A stretch of 64,000 nucleotides of DNA from Candidatus Poseidoniaceae archaeon (GCA_949372875.1 CASIAW010000002.1:39658-103657); one strand, 5' to 3'. Positions 7,365-17,822 are shown, counted from the first letter of the stretch. Numbers and translations are program-made. The notes: generated from the letters alone by a model not told the origin.

Positions 7365-9647
7365 ATGACTGACAGCACATCGTTCACTCTCGATATTATC
7401 GGGATGTCGTGCGGTGCATGTGTGACTTCTGTTGAAAAGGTCACAAGAAATGTTGATGCAGTCAAGGAGGTCTCGGTGAATCTTGCTTTTAACAAAGCTC
7501 AAATTCATGTGAATGAGAATTCAAATCTTAAAGCGGTGCAAAACGATGTCGTCTCCGCAATTGAACGTGCAGGTTATGAGGTTCATTTGCGCAAAAGTAA
7601 GCCCGTTCTCATCGATGATGCAAAAAAACGGTTGCGAGAACAACGAAACAAGGTTTCTCTCGCTCTCTTACTTGCTTTACCAACGCTCTATTTCTCGATG
7701 TTTGCAGATGACATGGGAAATACTGCTGGCCTCAACACCCGACTTTTGTTGGCGATGATGGCGACAATTCCGGTGTATTTTTGGTCCGGGTGGGAATTTC
7801 ATTCTCGCGCTTGGAAATCATTGAGAAGAGGTTCAGCAAACATGGATGTGCTGATTCACTTGGGAACAACCGTGGCCTTTTTGTGGTCGGCTTTACTGAC
7901 TCTTGCTCCAAAAATCTCCATCTTGCCTGCTTTGTTTTCTACTTCGACGCACGTCTTCTTTGATGGTGTTGTGTTCATTATAGCGTTTGTTTTACTCGGA
8001 AATTGGATGGAGGCTACTGCAAAACTCAAAGCTACAGACGCCATTCATTCCCTTATGCAACTTCAACCAAAGCAGGCAAGGTTGGTCGTTGATGAGGAAC
8101 TCAAGCATACCGAAATGCGAGATGTTGAAGCAATTCCCGTTGATTCATTGATCAAAGTCCTGGTTGGTGAAACGATACCGCTTGACGGGATGTTGTTTGA
8201 ATGCAAAGCGAGCATCGATGAATCGACAATGACGGGTGAGCCTTATCCGGTTCGAAAAGCAGACGGCGATGAAGTGGTTGCAGGAACCATCGTACTCGAT
8301 GGTTCCATCTTCATCCGTACCACGCGATTCGTTGATGACACCTTGTTATCGAACATCGTTAATCTCGTCGAAGAAGCGCAAATGGGTAAGGCTCCGATTC
8401 AGCGATTGGTCGACCGCATCGCTGCAATTTTCGTACCCGTTGTCGTGGTGCTCGCTCTTCTTGCAGCCTTATTCTGGTTGTACTTCCCAAACTCCGGTGC
8501 GTATAACCCAATGGACACAAGTGCTGAACTGGCAATCATGGTTTTGGTCTCTACTTTAGTCATCGCTTGCCCGTGCGCACTTGGATTAGCAACCCCTACA
8601 GCACTAATTGTAGGAACGGGGGTTGGTGCACGATATGGTATCTTAATCAAAGGTATTGAAGCATTGGAACATGCCCACTCAACCGACACTTTAGTCGTGG
8701 ATAAAACAGGTACGCTGACTTCCGGTAAACCCCGTGTAAGTCACATTGAATTACTTGATTGTGAAGTCAAAGAAATCCTATCTCTTGCAGCGGCCCTTGA
8801 AGAAGAGTCCAATCATCCACTTGCTTCAGCTATTCTCACTTCGTGGTCCAACGTCACATCTGAACGCCCCGATGTCAAGGGCATTCAAACCATGCCAGGA
8901 CTTGGCATGGTAGGTGATTTAGAAGGTTCTGTTGTAGCGATTGGTAACGTCGAACTGATGGAAGATATCGGGGTGGAAATCACTGAAGAAACATTCGAGA
9001 AAATGGCGAAGGCCGCCAGTAAAGGGGTAACGATTGTCTTGGTGAGTATGGGCCTGCGGTTGTTGGGCTGGATTGAAGCGAAAGACAGAATCCGAGATAC
9101 ATCCAAACTGGCTGTTCAGCGCGCCAAACAGATGGGATACAATGTCATCATGCTGACGGGTGACAGAGAAGATGCGGCTCAAACGGTTGCCAAAGAAATC
9201 GGCATTGAAACGGTGATAGCCGGTGTAAAACCAGACCAGAAGGCACACCAAATTGCCGAACTACAACGTCAAGGATTCACTGTAGCCATGGTCGGCGATG
9301 GAATCAACGATGCTGCCGCACTCTCAATGGCGGACGTTGGATTGGCAATGGGGGCAGGCTCTGATATAGCCATAGACGCTGCCGACTTTGTCCTCTTACG
9401 AAACGACTTGATCGACGCTGTTGCCTCACTAAGTCTCGGACGAAGCACCATGAAACGAATCAGAACTAACCTCGGTTGGGCGTTTCTCTACAATTCAGTT
9501 GGCATTCCGTTAGCAATGGGGATTCTTCTTCCTGTTACTGGTTTCTTACTGCCACCTGCCTTTGCTGCTGCCGCTATGGCATTGTCTTCTGTGAGTGTTG
9601 TTGGTAACTCTCTGTTACTACGTTGGTGGCAGCCGAATCTCGAATAG
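7365..9647 (+). CDS. copA: copper-translocating P1B-type ATPase
   Basis: N-terminal HMA domain (GMSCGACV). Diagnostic motifs are the TM CPC (ACPCALGLATPTA), DKTGTLT, SNHPLA and GDGINDAAAL. ATG at 7365 is preferred over the GTG at 7356 because GGTGA lies 5 nt upstream of the ATG. Confidence 0.9.
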   Translation: MTDSTSFTLDIIGMSCGACVTSVEKVTRNVDAVKEVSVNLAFNKAQIHVNENSNLKAVQNDVVSAIERAGYEVHLRKSKPVLIDDAKKRLREQRNKVSLALLLALPTLYFSMFADDMGNTAGLNTRLLLAMMATIPVYFWSGWEFHSRAWKSLRRGSANMDVLIHLGTTVAFLWSALLTLAPKISILPALFSTSTHVFFDGVVFIIAFVLLGNWMEATAKLKATDAIHSLMQLQPKQARLVVDEELKHTEMRDVEAIPVDSLIKVLVGETIPLDGMLFECKASIDESTMTGEPYPVRKADGDEVVAGTIVLDGSIFIRTTRFVDDTLLSNIVNLVEEAQMGKAPIQRLVDRIAAIFVPVVVVLALLAALFWLYFPNSGAYNPMDTSAELAIMVLVSTLVIACPCALGLATPTALIVGTGVGARYGILIKGIEALEHAHSTDTLVVDKTGTLTSGKPRVSHIELLDCEVKEILSLAAALEEESNHPLASAILTSWSNVTSERPDVKGIQTMPGLGMVGDLEGSVVAIGNVELMEDIGVEITEETFEKMAKAASKGVTIVLVSMGLRLLGWIEAKDRIRDTSKLAVQRAKQMGYNVIMLTGDREDAAQTVAKEIGIETVIAGVKPDQKAHQIAELQRQGFTVAMVGDGINDAAALSMADVGLAMGAGSDIAIDAADFVLLRNDLIDAVASLSLGRSTMKRIRTNLGWAFLYNSVGIPLAMGILLPVTGFLLPPAFAAAAMALSSVSVVGNSLLLRWWQPNLE

Positions 9648-9678
9648 GTTCAAAGGAGTCCAATGTTTGGATATTTTC

Positions 9679-9891
9679 ATGAGCGAGAAGGTACACACTC
9701 TTTCGATTACTGGAATGACCTGCGGGTGCTGCTCTGGCCGAGTAACCCGCGCCCTTGAAGCAACACCTGGCGTTCTCAAAGCATTCATTTCCTTTGAAGA
9801 CAATAACGGAAACATCTTGACAACACCTGATATAAGCAGTTCAAATCTTGTTGATATTGTAAAATCAGTTGGTTTCGAAGCATCCGCTTGA
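9679..9891 (+). CDS. copZ: copper chaperone CopZ (HMA domain)
   Basis: ~70-aa HMA fold with the GMTCGCC metal-binding loop. It lies immediately downstream of copA. Confidence 0.8.
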   Translation: MSEKVHTLSITGMTCGCCSGRVTRALEATPGVLKAFISFEDNNGNILTTPDISSSNLVDIVKSVGFEASA

Positions 9892-9932
9892 AGCGTTTGT
9901 TTCAAATCCAAGAGGCCCCGCCATCAGTTTGC

Positions 9933-10016
9933 GCGGGGGTCGCCCAGCTTGGTCAACGGCGGTGGGTTTAGGTCCCATTCCTTATCGGTTCGCAGGTTCG
10001 AATCCTGCCTCCCGCA
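9933..10016 (+). tRNA. tRNA-Leu (anticodon UAG), type II with long variable arm
   Basis: Hand-folded cloverleaf. The 7-bp acceptor stem is GCGGGGG/CUCCCGC. U8, A14 and GG in the D loop are present. The anticodon stem-loop carries UAG with G37. There is a long variable arm. The T arm is GCAGG-TTCGAAT-CCTGC. The discriminator is A. CCA is not encoded. Confidence 0.7.
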
Positions 10017-10052
10017 CTCTCTGTCATTCATTTAAAGAGGCCCTGACTTCCT

Positions 10053-10107
10053 CAACCAAGTCCATCATTGAGGGACGTCAATCTAAGGTGAAGAATCCAG
10101 GTACCCT
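10053..10107 (+). repeat. direct repeat copy A (~55 bp) just 3' of the adhesin gene and 37 nt after tRNA-Leu
   Basis: The sequence caacc..tccatcattgagggacgtcaatctaaggtgaagaatccaggtaccctc is ~78% identical to copy B at 13934-13986 in the same orientation. Confidence 0.6.
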
Positions 10108-10128
10108 CTTCGTAGATGGCCTCTTACT

Positions 10129-13100
10129 TTACTCCGAATTGACCCATTGCCCTGTGGCAGGGTCTCGATAGAATAACTTGCCACTTCCATTTGGGTACTC
10201 AATCCATTCCTTTCCATCTGGTTTCATCATTCCACGCACCTCATATGGTGGCACAATGCTCTGGGGTAATGTAATGTTCTTCTGCGGCTTTTCTCGTTTG
10301 AACAGAACCCCCGCCAATGCCACTACTATCGTAAAGACTGTCCCGATTAAAATCCATTGTATAGTTAAAAATTTATCATTTCCTTGGGCATTCGTGGTGG
10401 TTGTTTCTTGACTTTGTGAACACCCGATTTGGTTTGAGAATTCATCAGGTGGGGTTTTCGCACACTGGTCAAGGGCATCTGCAACTCCATCATTATCTGC
10501 ATCTCTCTGCCAACTTGAACAACCATCTGGTGAAATATCAGAGTTCAATGTATTGGGGCACAAATCGTGTAGGTTGAGTACTCCGTCTCCGTCATCATCA
10601 CTTTGATCCCATGAACAACCATTTATGTCGACCGATTGATTTGACTTCGTATTGGGACATCGGTCAACTCCTGTACAATTTGATGGACCAAAAGAAGAGG
10701 ACCCCATGTTGCATACCGTATCAGAGTCCGTGTCAACTTGAAAGTTAGAACATCCAGAAGCATCAACGCTTGCATTGATTTCAGTGGAAGGGCAAAGGTC
10801 CCAGTAATCATTCAAGGAATCTTCATCACTGTCCCTTTGTTTATCACCACAGCCCACTTCATTTGGATTATCTCCATAAATCGTCTCTGGACAAATATCG
10901 ACGCCGTTAGGTACTGAATCAAAATCATCGTCTTCTTGTTCCCAACTACAACCCATTGAATTTACATTTTCCCCAGGTAATGTGTCCGGGCAAATATCAA
11001 CTCCAAAACAATCTGAGGGGCCAATACTTGGTGCGTCTTTGTCACAGATACCATCTAAATCTTCATCCACCTGTGAGTCAGAGCACCCTAATTCATCAAC
11101 AATTTTCCAATTCACTGTACCCATACACAAATCAAGATTATTCAATATGTTGTCCTCATCGTCGTCTTTTTGACCCCAACTGCAGCCCGTTTCATCAGAA
11201 GTTTCATCCAACTCTGTATGTTGGCACACATCCGATAAATCAGATATCTTATCGCCATCAGAATCACTCATCCACAAATACAATCCAGAGACCTGTTGAA
11301 CCGTCCCATACCGGTTCATTGAAACTAAAATTGATTTTTCATCTGGAGCAGTTGCAGAGAGGCTCGAATATGTCGAATTCACTAATAGATCTGTACTTGT
11401 TATGTATTCTAAATTCTGGCCCATCAAGACTTGATATGTCTGTATTGAGGAATTGTAATTGCAATTCCAACAACTTCCAGATGATCGCTCGGTTAAGGAT
11501 ACATAGAGCAGTTCGCTACTTCTTGAGAACGAGAGTGAAATAGAAATATAAGCGTCATTCGTTTTTTCTTCGACAGATGTTGTTGATTTCAATTCCAATG
11601 TTTTCATCGAATAGACTTTGATTGTTTCATCATTCCATGTGAAGATGAAGTCGCCATCGGGAGAGAGGATCATTGAATCAAAAGAGCCAATTGTTCTACT
11701 TTGTAACAGATAGCCATCATAGACATCCCAAAGAAAAACTTCACTACTGGTTGAACCAATGAGCGTTGTTCCATCATGAGAAAAGATGAGTTTTCGGGCA
11801 TGATGGTCTTCGTCCTCAAATTTGAGTGTATGACCGGGAATTTCGAACATTTTCATCTTCCCAGAATAAGACTCGTAAGAGAAATAGGAGATTGCAAGTT
11901 GTGTCCCATCTGGGCTTACTGCAGAGCTTGAGAGGTAAGCGCAATCGTCACCTATTTCATAACTCTGTGAAAGGCTCTCAGATTCAACATCCCAGATGTA
12001 GTAGCCGCATTTTGAATCCCTCCAATATGAACTCTCCCAGAATATCAAAATCCACTCACCCTCAGGGCCCCATGAAGATGAAGATATCTGTTGGCTCTCG
12101 TTTTGAAGTGATATCTCTTTCATAAATAAAAGAGTCTCTCCTAAAATGAAGATGTTATCAGAATCAGTATCGTAGGCAGAAACTAAATCTCCCTTTGGAG
12201 ACCATTGAGGTATTCTCAGGGTTTCAGTACCAACGACCGGTTCTGTGCTTATGACCCAAGACAAAACATTTGGACAGGCCTCCACATCATATAATGGGCA
12301 ATTGTCAAGGGAATCAACCTGCCCATCCCCATCAACATCGCGTTGACTTTTGCTGCATCCGTAAATATTGCCAAATTCAGTTGACGGAGTATTTGGACAT
12401 AAATCGTCAGAATCCGACACTCCATCGCCATCAGTATCGAGCAATTGGGGTTCGGAACAACCAACATCATTCGCACTATCAGATGTTGCCGTCCTCGGGC
12501 ATAGATCATCTTTATCGTTCACTCCATCGAAGTCTGTGTCTTTTTGGCTCGGTGCACAACCCTTCACATCCGATTCTTCTTCTTCTGGTGTGGTAGGGCA
12601 GAGGTCTTGTTCATCGACTACGCCGTCTGAATCCTCATCCGGCAACCATCCAGTTAAAATAGATTCATAGCACTGTTCTGATGCAACCAAAATCTCACTA
12701 TCATCGAATGTAAAAACTAACTCATATGCCCCGTCATAGTAACATTCATTGCTGGGTCCAAGAAAACTTGTTGTTTTTTCCCATGAATCTGTAGAATAAA
12801 TATTGTAATGGCCATCTCCATAAGAAAGAATGTAATCACCATTCGATGAAAAGGTAGCGTGGGCTTCGCCATTCGATGGAGAAAATAATTGCGAAAAATC
12901 AGAACTTGAATAGGCAGAGATTTCATAGTCCGAATTCATCAAAATGATTGTTCCATCAGGGCTACTCGTAACCGGCCCTGCATATCCCGAAAAGGTGAAG
13001 CTACGTTTCAAAACCCACTGATACCCAACGAATGGTATGTTTTCATATTCATATTCATTCCCTGAACCATCTGTAGATACATACCAAAGAATATCCTCAC

Positions 13101-13764
13101 TCGGATGATGCGCTACAAAATATCCGTTTGAGTTTGTCCCGGTTACTTCAGACCAAGCTGGGCCTTCATACATTTTTCCTCCGTTATTGCCCGTTGAAAA
13201 GACAACGCGCTGCCCGTCTCCTGACCAAGTTATGTCGTATATTGAGACAATACTTCCATCGTCAGGGGTAACGTCATCTGAATAAACCCGTTCCCAGTCC
13301 GAAGTCTGGTATATTTCAAATTGCGTCCCAGACATCGTAACAAAGTATTCTCCATTGGAAGAAAATTCAAACCGAGTATCCGAATAGATGTTCGATTCGA
13401 TTGTATCGATGAGCACATTCCAATCAGAATTATGATAGATATTGATTTTACCAGAGCAATCGGAAATTGCCAAAAAGTCAGTTTGTTTATCGAGTGCAAA
13501 AGTCGGATTGCAGTTATACGAATTGTGTTCAGGGAATGGCATCTTCCTATATGCAGCCCACTGCCCCTCATATACCGTGTCGCGGCCCGACACTTCATTG
13601 ATTTGGAAAGTCGAAACTTCTGTATCAAAAGCGGGCTGAAGAGGCATAATACAAAGAAGCATGAGCGCTGAAATAAACGACGCTAAGATGAAATCTTTCC
13701 TTTTCAACAATATTTTGGAGGGGTGGCTAATGCCTTTTCGGGTGTCAACATCCTCGCCATACAT
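10129..13764 (-). CDS. giant type-I membrane surface protein (beta-propeller-like repeats + TSP3 calcium-binding repeats)
   Basis: 1211 aa. It has an N-terminal signal anchor. There is a long Ser/Tyr/Trp/Asp-rich repeat region suggestive of a beta-propeller. More than 12 DxDxDGxxDxxDxC-like TSP3 motifs occur (e.g. DTDGDGVSDSDDLCPNT). A C-terminal TM helix and a short cytoplasmic tail follow. Confidence 0.7.
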   Translation of the reverse strand: MYGEDVDTRKGISHPSKILLKRKDFILASFISALMLLCIMPLQPAFDTEVSTFQINEVSGRDTVYEGQWAAYRKMPFPEHNSYNCNPTFALDKQTDFLAISDCSGKINIYHNSDWNVLIDTIESNIYSDTRFEFSSNGEYFVTMSGTQFEIYQTSDWERVYSDDVTPDDGSIVSIYDITWSGDGQRVVFSTGNNGGKMYEGPAWSEVTGTNSNGYFVAHHPSEDILWYVSTDGSGNEYEYENIPFVGYQWVLKRSFTFSGYAGPVTSSPDGTIILMNSDYEISAYSSSDFSQLFSPSNGEAHATFSSNGDYILSYGDGHYNIYSTDSWEKTTSFLGPSNECYYDGAYELVFTFDDSEILVASEQCYESILTGWLPDEDSDGVVDEQDLCPTTPEEEESDVKGCAPSQKDTDFDGVNDKDDLCPRTATSDSANDVGCSEPQLLDTDGDGVSDSDDLCPNTPSTEFGNIYGCSKSQRDVDGDGQVDSLDNCPLYDVEACPNVLSWVISTEPVVGTETLRIPQWSPKGDLVSAYDTDSDNIFILGETLLFMKEISLQNESQQISSSSWGPEGEWILIFWESSYWRDSKCGYYIWDVESESLSQSYEIGDDCAYLSSSAVSPDGTQLAISYFSYESYSGKMKMFEIPGHTLKFEDEDHHARKLIFSHDGTTLIGSTSSEVFLWDVYDGYLLQSRTIGSFDSMILSPDGDFIFTWNDETIKVYSMKTLELKSTTSVEEKTNDAYISISLSFSRSSELLYVSLTERSSGSCWNCNYNSSIQTYQVLMGQNLEYITSTDLLVNSTYSSLSATAPDEKSILVSMNRYGTVQQVSGLYLWMSDSDGDKISDLSDVCQHTELDETSDETGCSWGQKDDDEDNILNNLDLCMGTVNWKIVDELGCSDSQVDEDLDGICDKDAPSIGPSDCFGVDICPDTLPGENVNSMGCSWEQEDDDFDSVPNGVDICPETIYGDNPNEVGCGDKQRDSDEDSLNDYWDLCPSTEINASVDASGCSNFQVDTDSDTVCNMGSSSFGPSNCTGVDRCPNTKSNQSVDINGCSWDQSDDDGDGVLNLHDLCPNTLNSDISPDGCSSWQRDADNDGVADALDQCAKTPPDEFSNQIGCSQSQETTTTNAQGNDKFLTIQWILIGTVFTIVVALAGVLFKREKPQKNITLPQSIVPPYEVRGMMKPDGKEWIEYPNGSGKLFYRDPATGQWVNSE

Positions 13765-13780
13765 AGATTATGCATTACTA

Positions 13781-13791
13781 GATTTAACTTA
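13781..13791 (-). promoter_or_regulatory. TATA-like element (TTAAAT) ~22-28 nt upstream of the adhesin ATG
   Basis: AT-rich hexamer at the archaeal -26 distance from the start codon, suggesting a leaderless or short-leader transcript. Confidence 0.25.
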
Positions 13792-13933
13792 AGAATTGCT
13801 CCGGTGGAGACTAAAATACACGCTACGGCATCTTGTTGAATAAAACCTACGCCACATCACAAAGGGCTGATTCTCTTGCCCCCATTGACTTTCGAAGCGA
13901 TTTTACTCATTTGATAAGTCTTTGATTTTTAAT

Positions 13934-13986
13934 CAACTCCTTCATTGAGGGACAACAGTCCAAGGTGAGGAATTGCAGGTGCCATC
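13934..13986 (+). repeat. direct repeat copy B, ~170 nt 5' of the adhesin gene
   Basis: The sequence caact..ccttcattgagggacaacagtccaaggtgaggaattgcaggtgccatc is the partner of 10053-10107. Confidence 0.6.
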
Positions 13987-14144
13987 ATAGTGAGTGACGA
14001 TGTCGCCTCCCAAAGTTCAACCAAACTGTGCCGGCTGCAGGCATCCTCGGTATTTTCTTAATCAGTCAAAATCGATTCACTATATCCTACAGATGAATGA
14101 TTGACTGGGTTAATTATCATAAGAGAGGTGCGCCACGATAAAAT

Positions 14145-15053
14145 ATGGGGAGAGGCAATACTCGGATTTGGCAAACTCAAATCCCTGAAAGAGCACCCCT
14201 AATAGTCGGGGTTATCTCCTGTGTAATGCTCACAATTTGGAACCTCAGCCGTGGACTGAATCTCTGGGCTGGATATAATTTCGGAGGAGCGATGATGGCT
14301 CTTTTGGCTCTTTTGATTCTGTGGAAGGGGCGTGCGCATATCCCAGCATTACCGTTGTGGATTGGGTATTCAGCATCCATGCTCCATTTTTTTGGAGGTT
14401 CATTAGGTGCTGCAGACAGCGGACCTGGACCGTTATGCTTTGATGGAATGAACCCCGGTGAATGGTTGTGTGCAGATGGTGTGAATGGAATGTACCATGT
14501 CCATCCTTGGTGGGACAAGTTAGTCCACGGTATGAACAGCACAGCCCTTGCTATTGCATGGTCGCTTGGTTGGAGAAGAATGTCAGAGTACAACGGATGG
14601 CAACTCTCACCCCAAGTTGTGGCATTCACCGCTTTTTCTCTTAGCGTAGCCATTGGTGTGGCGTATGAAGTGTACGAGTTCTTCGGCAAGACGATTTTCC
14701 AAACGATTGACCAAGGCGGGTATGTCAACACAGCAACAGATCTGGTAAGCGACATGTTGGGTGCAGGATTGGGTGTGTTGTTTACTCACTACTACGACCC
14801 AATGAACAAATCGTCAAACAAAAGCGGCCAATTACCGCTTCCCGCTCAAGTGACGCTGACAAATAACGGGTCCATTCCTCTCATGGCCATCGGTGCAATT
14901 CTTTCATTGGACTTCCTTTTGTTAAATGGCGATATTGTCAACTCCGACTACGATTTGATTGGACAACTGATGCTTGGTTCACTCATCGTTTCAGGATTGG
15001 TGGTCGCACGTGGCTTCTTGAAAAATAACCAGGCACCAAAATCGATGCTTTAG
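14145..15053 (+). CDS. polytopic membrane protein, unknown function
   Basis: 302 aa with multiple hydrophobic helices. No motif was recognised. Confidence 0.45.
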   Translation: MGRGNTRIWQTQIPERAPLIVGVISCVMLTIWNLSRGLNLWAGYNFGGAMMALLALLILWKGRAHIPALPLWIGYSASMLHFFGGSLGAADSGPGPLCFDGMNPGEWLCADGVNGMYHVHPWWDKLVHGMNSTALAIAWSLGWRRMSEYNGWQLSPQVVAFTAFSLSVAIGVAYEVYEFFGKTIFQTIDQGGYVNTATDLVSDMLGAGLGVLFTHYYDPMNKSSNKSGQLPLPAQVTLTNNGSIPLMAIGAILSLDFLLLNGDIVNSDYDLIGQLMLGSLIVSGLVVARGFLKNNQAPKSML

Positions 15054-15342
15054 AACTCCCTCGAATACCATCGTAATTTCAAACCATCTGATAGAATCAA
15101 AGTCGCAATTGTAAACAACTCATCAGAGGTCGAAAAATTCTCCAGAAATGCTGGAATACAGAGGCCACTAATTGAACACTAACCATTCAATGGGTCGCGA
15201 CAAATAGGATGGACTGCTGACCCTTGCACACTGGCTGATTGTCTACAAGAGCGTTGAGCATACCCCTTCTAGAACACAAGCAAACCCCTTATGCCCCTTG
15301 GGAAAACGTTTCGTTCTCAATTAGACACTTAATGCCTCACCA

Positions 15343-16416
15343 TTGAATTTGAAAAGCCTGATGAACCTGAATTCATTGGCATTCAACATGGCCCTTCCTC
15401 ATGGCGTTTACGAAGATGTAGTTTCAGCGATTGGTCACACTCCTCTGATTCGTTTGAACAAGGTGACTGCTGACTTATCAGGCTCAGAAGTTTGGGCAAA
15501 ACTCGAACGTTGTAGTCCGGGAGGCTCAATCAAAGACCGAATTGGCCTTGCTATGATTTTGGAAGCGGAAGAAAAAGGTTGGCTCAAGCCTGGCGGAACC
15601 ATTGTTGAAGGAACCAGTGGCAATACAGGCATTGGATTGGCGATGGTCGCAGCACAACGGGGATACAAATGTGTATTCACGATGCCTGATAAGATGGCGA
15701 AGGAGAAAATTGACTTGCTACGTGCTATGGGTGCACGAGTTGAAATTTGTCCGACTGCAGTCGAAAAAGAAGACCCTCGTTCCTACTATATGGTCGCTGA
15801 GCGATTGAGCAAGGAGATTGAAGGAGCATGGTATCCTGATCAATATTCCAATCAATCAAATCCCAAAGCCCACATCCATTCAACTGGACCGGAACTTTGG
15901 CAACAGACTCAAGGTGACATTACCCACTTTGTCGCAACGATGGGAACTGGCGGCACCATTACGGGATGTGGTAAATATCTGAAATCTCAAGCACAAGAAA
16001 ACGGTAAAGACGCTCCGAAAATCGTTGGTGTTGATGCTGAAGGTTCAATTCTCAAACAATGGTTCGAAGAAGGGACCATGGGTGTGCCTCATGGATACAA
16101 AGTTGAGGGATTTGGTGAAGACTTTATTCCACCAGCGACTGACTTTTCAGTGATTGATGAAATTCGAATGGTTGATGACGAAATTTGTTTCCGTATGGCA
16201 CGACGTCTGGCTAAACAAGAGGGATTGTTCTGCGGTGGTTCGTGCGGTGGAGCGTTACAGATTGCACTCGATATTGCTGCTGAATTCGATAAGGCAGGAG
16301 AAAAGGCAAAGATTGTTGTCATTCTACCTGATGCTGGAAATCCATATCTTGGAAAAGTCTACAACGATGACTGGTTAAGGGATAACGGGTTCGATGTCGA
16401 TGGATGGGAGTGGTGA
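15343..16416 (+). CDS. PLP-dependent cysteine synthase / cystathionine beta-synthase family enzyme
   Basis: The SIKDR lysine motif (SPGGSIKDRIGLAMI) and the glycine-rich loop GTSGNTGIGLAM are present. The length fits a CBS catalytic core without Bateman domains. The start may be the internal Met at 15388. Confidence 0.8.
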   Translation: MNLKSLMNLNSLAFNMALPHGVYEDVVSAIGHTPLIRLNKVTADLSGSEVWAKLERCSPGGSIKDRIGLAMILEAEEKGWLKPGGTIVEGTSGNTGIGLAMVAAQRGYKCVFTMPDKMAKEKIDLLRAMGARVEICPTAVEKEDPRSYYMVAERLSKEIEGAWYPDQYSNQSNPKAHIHSTGPELWQQTQGDITHFVATMGTGGTITGCGKYLKSQAQENGKDAPKIVGVDAEGSILKQWFEEGTMGVPHGYKVEGFGEDFIPPATDFSVIDEIRMVDDEICFRMARRLAKQEGLFCGGSCGGALQIALDIAAEFDKAGEKAKIVVILPDAGNPYLGKVYNDDWLRDNGFDVDGWEW

Positions 16417-16417
16417 A

Positions 16418-17569
16418 ATGACTGGAGATTCAACCCGCTGCGTTCATTCTTCCTTGGACCCTGAAGTTACGACAGGGTCTGTTCACACACCCATTTTTCA
16501 AACATCTACCTATGTTCAGAACGACTTTGCTGACCATCTCGGATATGAATATGCACGTGGAGATAATCCCACTCGAAATGCTCTTCAACGAGCACTCGCA
16601 GAAATGGAATCGCCTCATCAAGAAGCTTACGGGTTTTGCTTTGGAAGCGGAATGGCAGCGATTACAACCATCAGTCAAATGCTCAAACAAGGCGACCATG
16701 TCATTGCATGTGACGACCTTTATGGCGGTACAGTTCGCTTATTTGACCAAATTGCTTCACGTTTCGGTATTGAAACAACGTATTCTCCATTGAAAAGCGG
16801 AGACCTCGGGAAAGTTGTTCGTGACAACTCAAAAATACTCTGGCTTGAAAGTCCAACCAATCCACTTCTCACAGTTCATGATATCAAATCATTAGCTGCT
16901 GAAGCAAAAGAACACGGCCTCATTGTCGTTGTTGATTCGACCTTTGCAACACCAATCCTACAACGTCCGTTCGAGTTGGGCGCAGATATCATTGTTCATT
17001 CAACAACCAAGTATATCGGTGGCCACAGTGATGTCATCGGTGGTTGTTTAATCACCCAAAGCAAGGAGCTCGCTGAAAAGATTTCATTCTTGCAAAATGC
17101 CGTTGGTGCAGTTCCAGCACCGATGGATTGTTTCCTCATACTCCGGGGGCTGCGGACACTCGCCTTACGAATGAATCGTCATTGTGAAAGTGCACAGACG
17201 TTAGCTGAACGGCTACAAGAAAATGAAAAGGTCACTCGCCTCTTTTATCCTGGGCTGGAAAGCCACCCAACCCATGAAATCGCCCAACGGCAAATGAATG
17301 CCTTTGGTGGTATTATCTCCTTAGAGGTCAAAGGAGGAGAAACGGGGGCTCGAAATTTTGCAGCCCAGTTGAAATTGTTTGCAACTGCGGAAAGTTTGGG
17401 TGGAATAGAATCACTCATCAACCACCCATGGACAATGACGCATGCAGCAATTCCAGAAAAGCAACGCTATGATGCAGGAATGACTCCGGGCTTGATTCGC
17501 TTGTCGGTTGGTATCGAAGATATGGAAGACCTATGGCAAGACCTTGTGAACGCTCTTGAAACGCTCTAA
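16418..17569 (+). CDS. Cys/Met-metabolism PLP enzyme (cystathionine gamma-lyase/synthase family)
   Basis: The STTKYIGGHSDVIGG PLP-lysine motif is present. The gene starts 2 nt after the upstream CBS-like stop; the longer ORF from 16394 overlaps that gene. Confidence 0.85.
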   Translation: MTGDSTRCVHSSLDPEVTTGSVHTPIFQTSTYVQNDFADHLGYEYARGDNPTRNALQRALAEMESPHQEAYGFCFGSGMAAITTISQMLKQGDHVIACDDLYGGTVRLFDQIASRFGIETTYSPLKSGDLGKVVRDNSKILWLESPTNPLLTVHDIKSLAAEAKEHGLIVVVDSTFATPILQRPFELGADIIVHSTTKYIGGHSDVIGGCLITQSKELAEKISFLQNAVGAVPAPMDCFLILRGLRTLALRMNRHCESAQTLAERLQENEKVTRLFYPGLESHPTHEIAQRQMNAFGGIISLEVKGGETGARNFAAQLKLFATAESLGGIESLINHPWTMTHAAIPEKQRYDAGMTPGLIRLSVGIEDMEDLWQDLVNALETL

Positions 17570-17822
17570 ATACCGGCATACAAGGGACCTTCATGCAGCT
17601 ATGCTATCACAACGGCACCGTATTACCCAAAGTGGTCAATCGAGCTATCCATCGACTAGCGTGTGAGTAAAAGGGCGGATTTGCTCAACTTTTTTCACTG
17701 TTCTTGCGTTAAAATGCCTCGCTTCGCTCGGCTCTAAAGTGAGTCAAAGTCAGGTGAACAAATTGAGTCCAGTCCGTAAACGAGTCGGTAATTTCAATTC
17801 ATGTGAATCGTTCGACAGAGAC

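Noticed and set aside
9899-9932. Partial tRNA-like 3' fragment (TTCAAATCC...GGCCCCGCCA) just upstream of tRNA-Leu as an att duplication
   Set aside because: It does not match the 3' end of the adjacent tRNA-Leu and cannot form a T arm. It is probably a coincidental or processing-related GC hairpin.
10956-11543. 195-aa plus-strand ORF inside the adhesin gene
   Set aside because: It is antisense to a long, repeat-rich, clearly coding minus-strand gene and has low-complexity translation.
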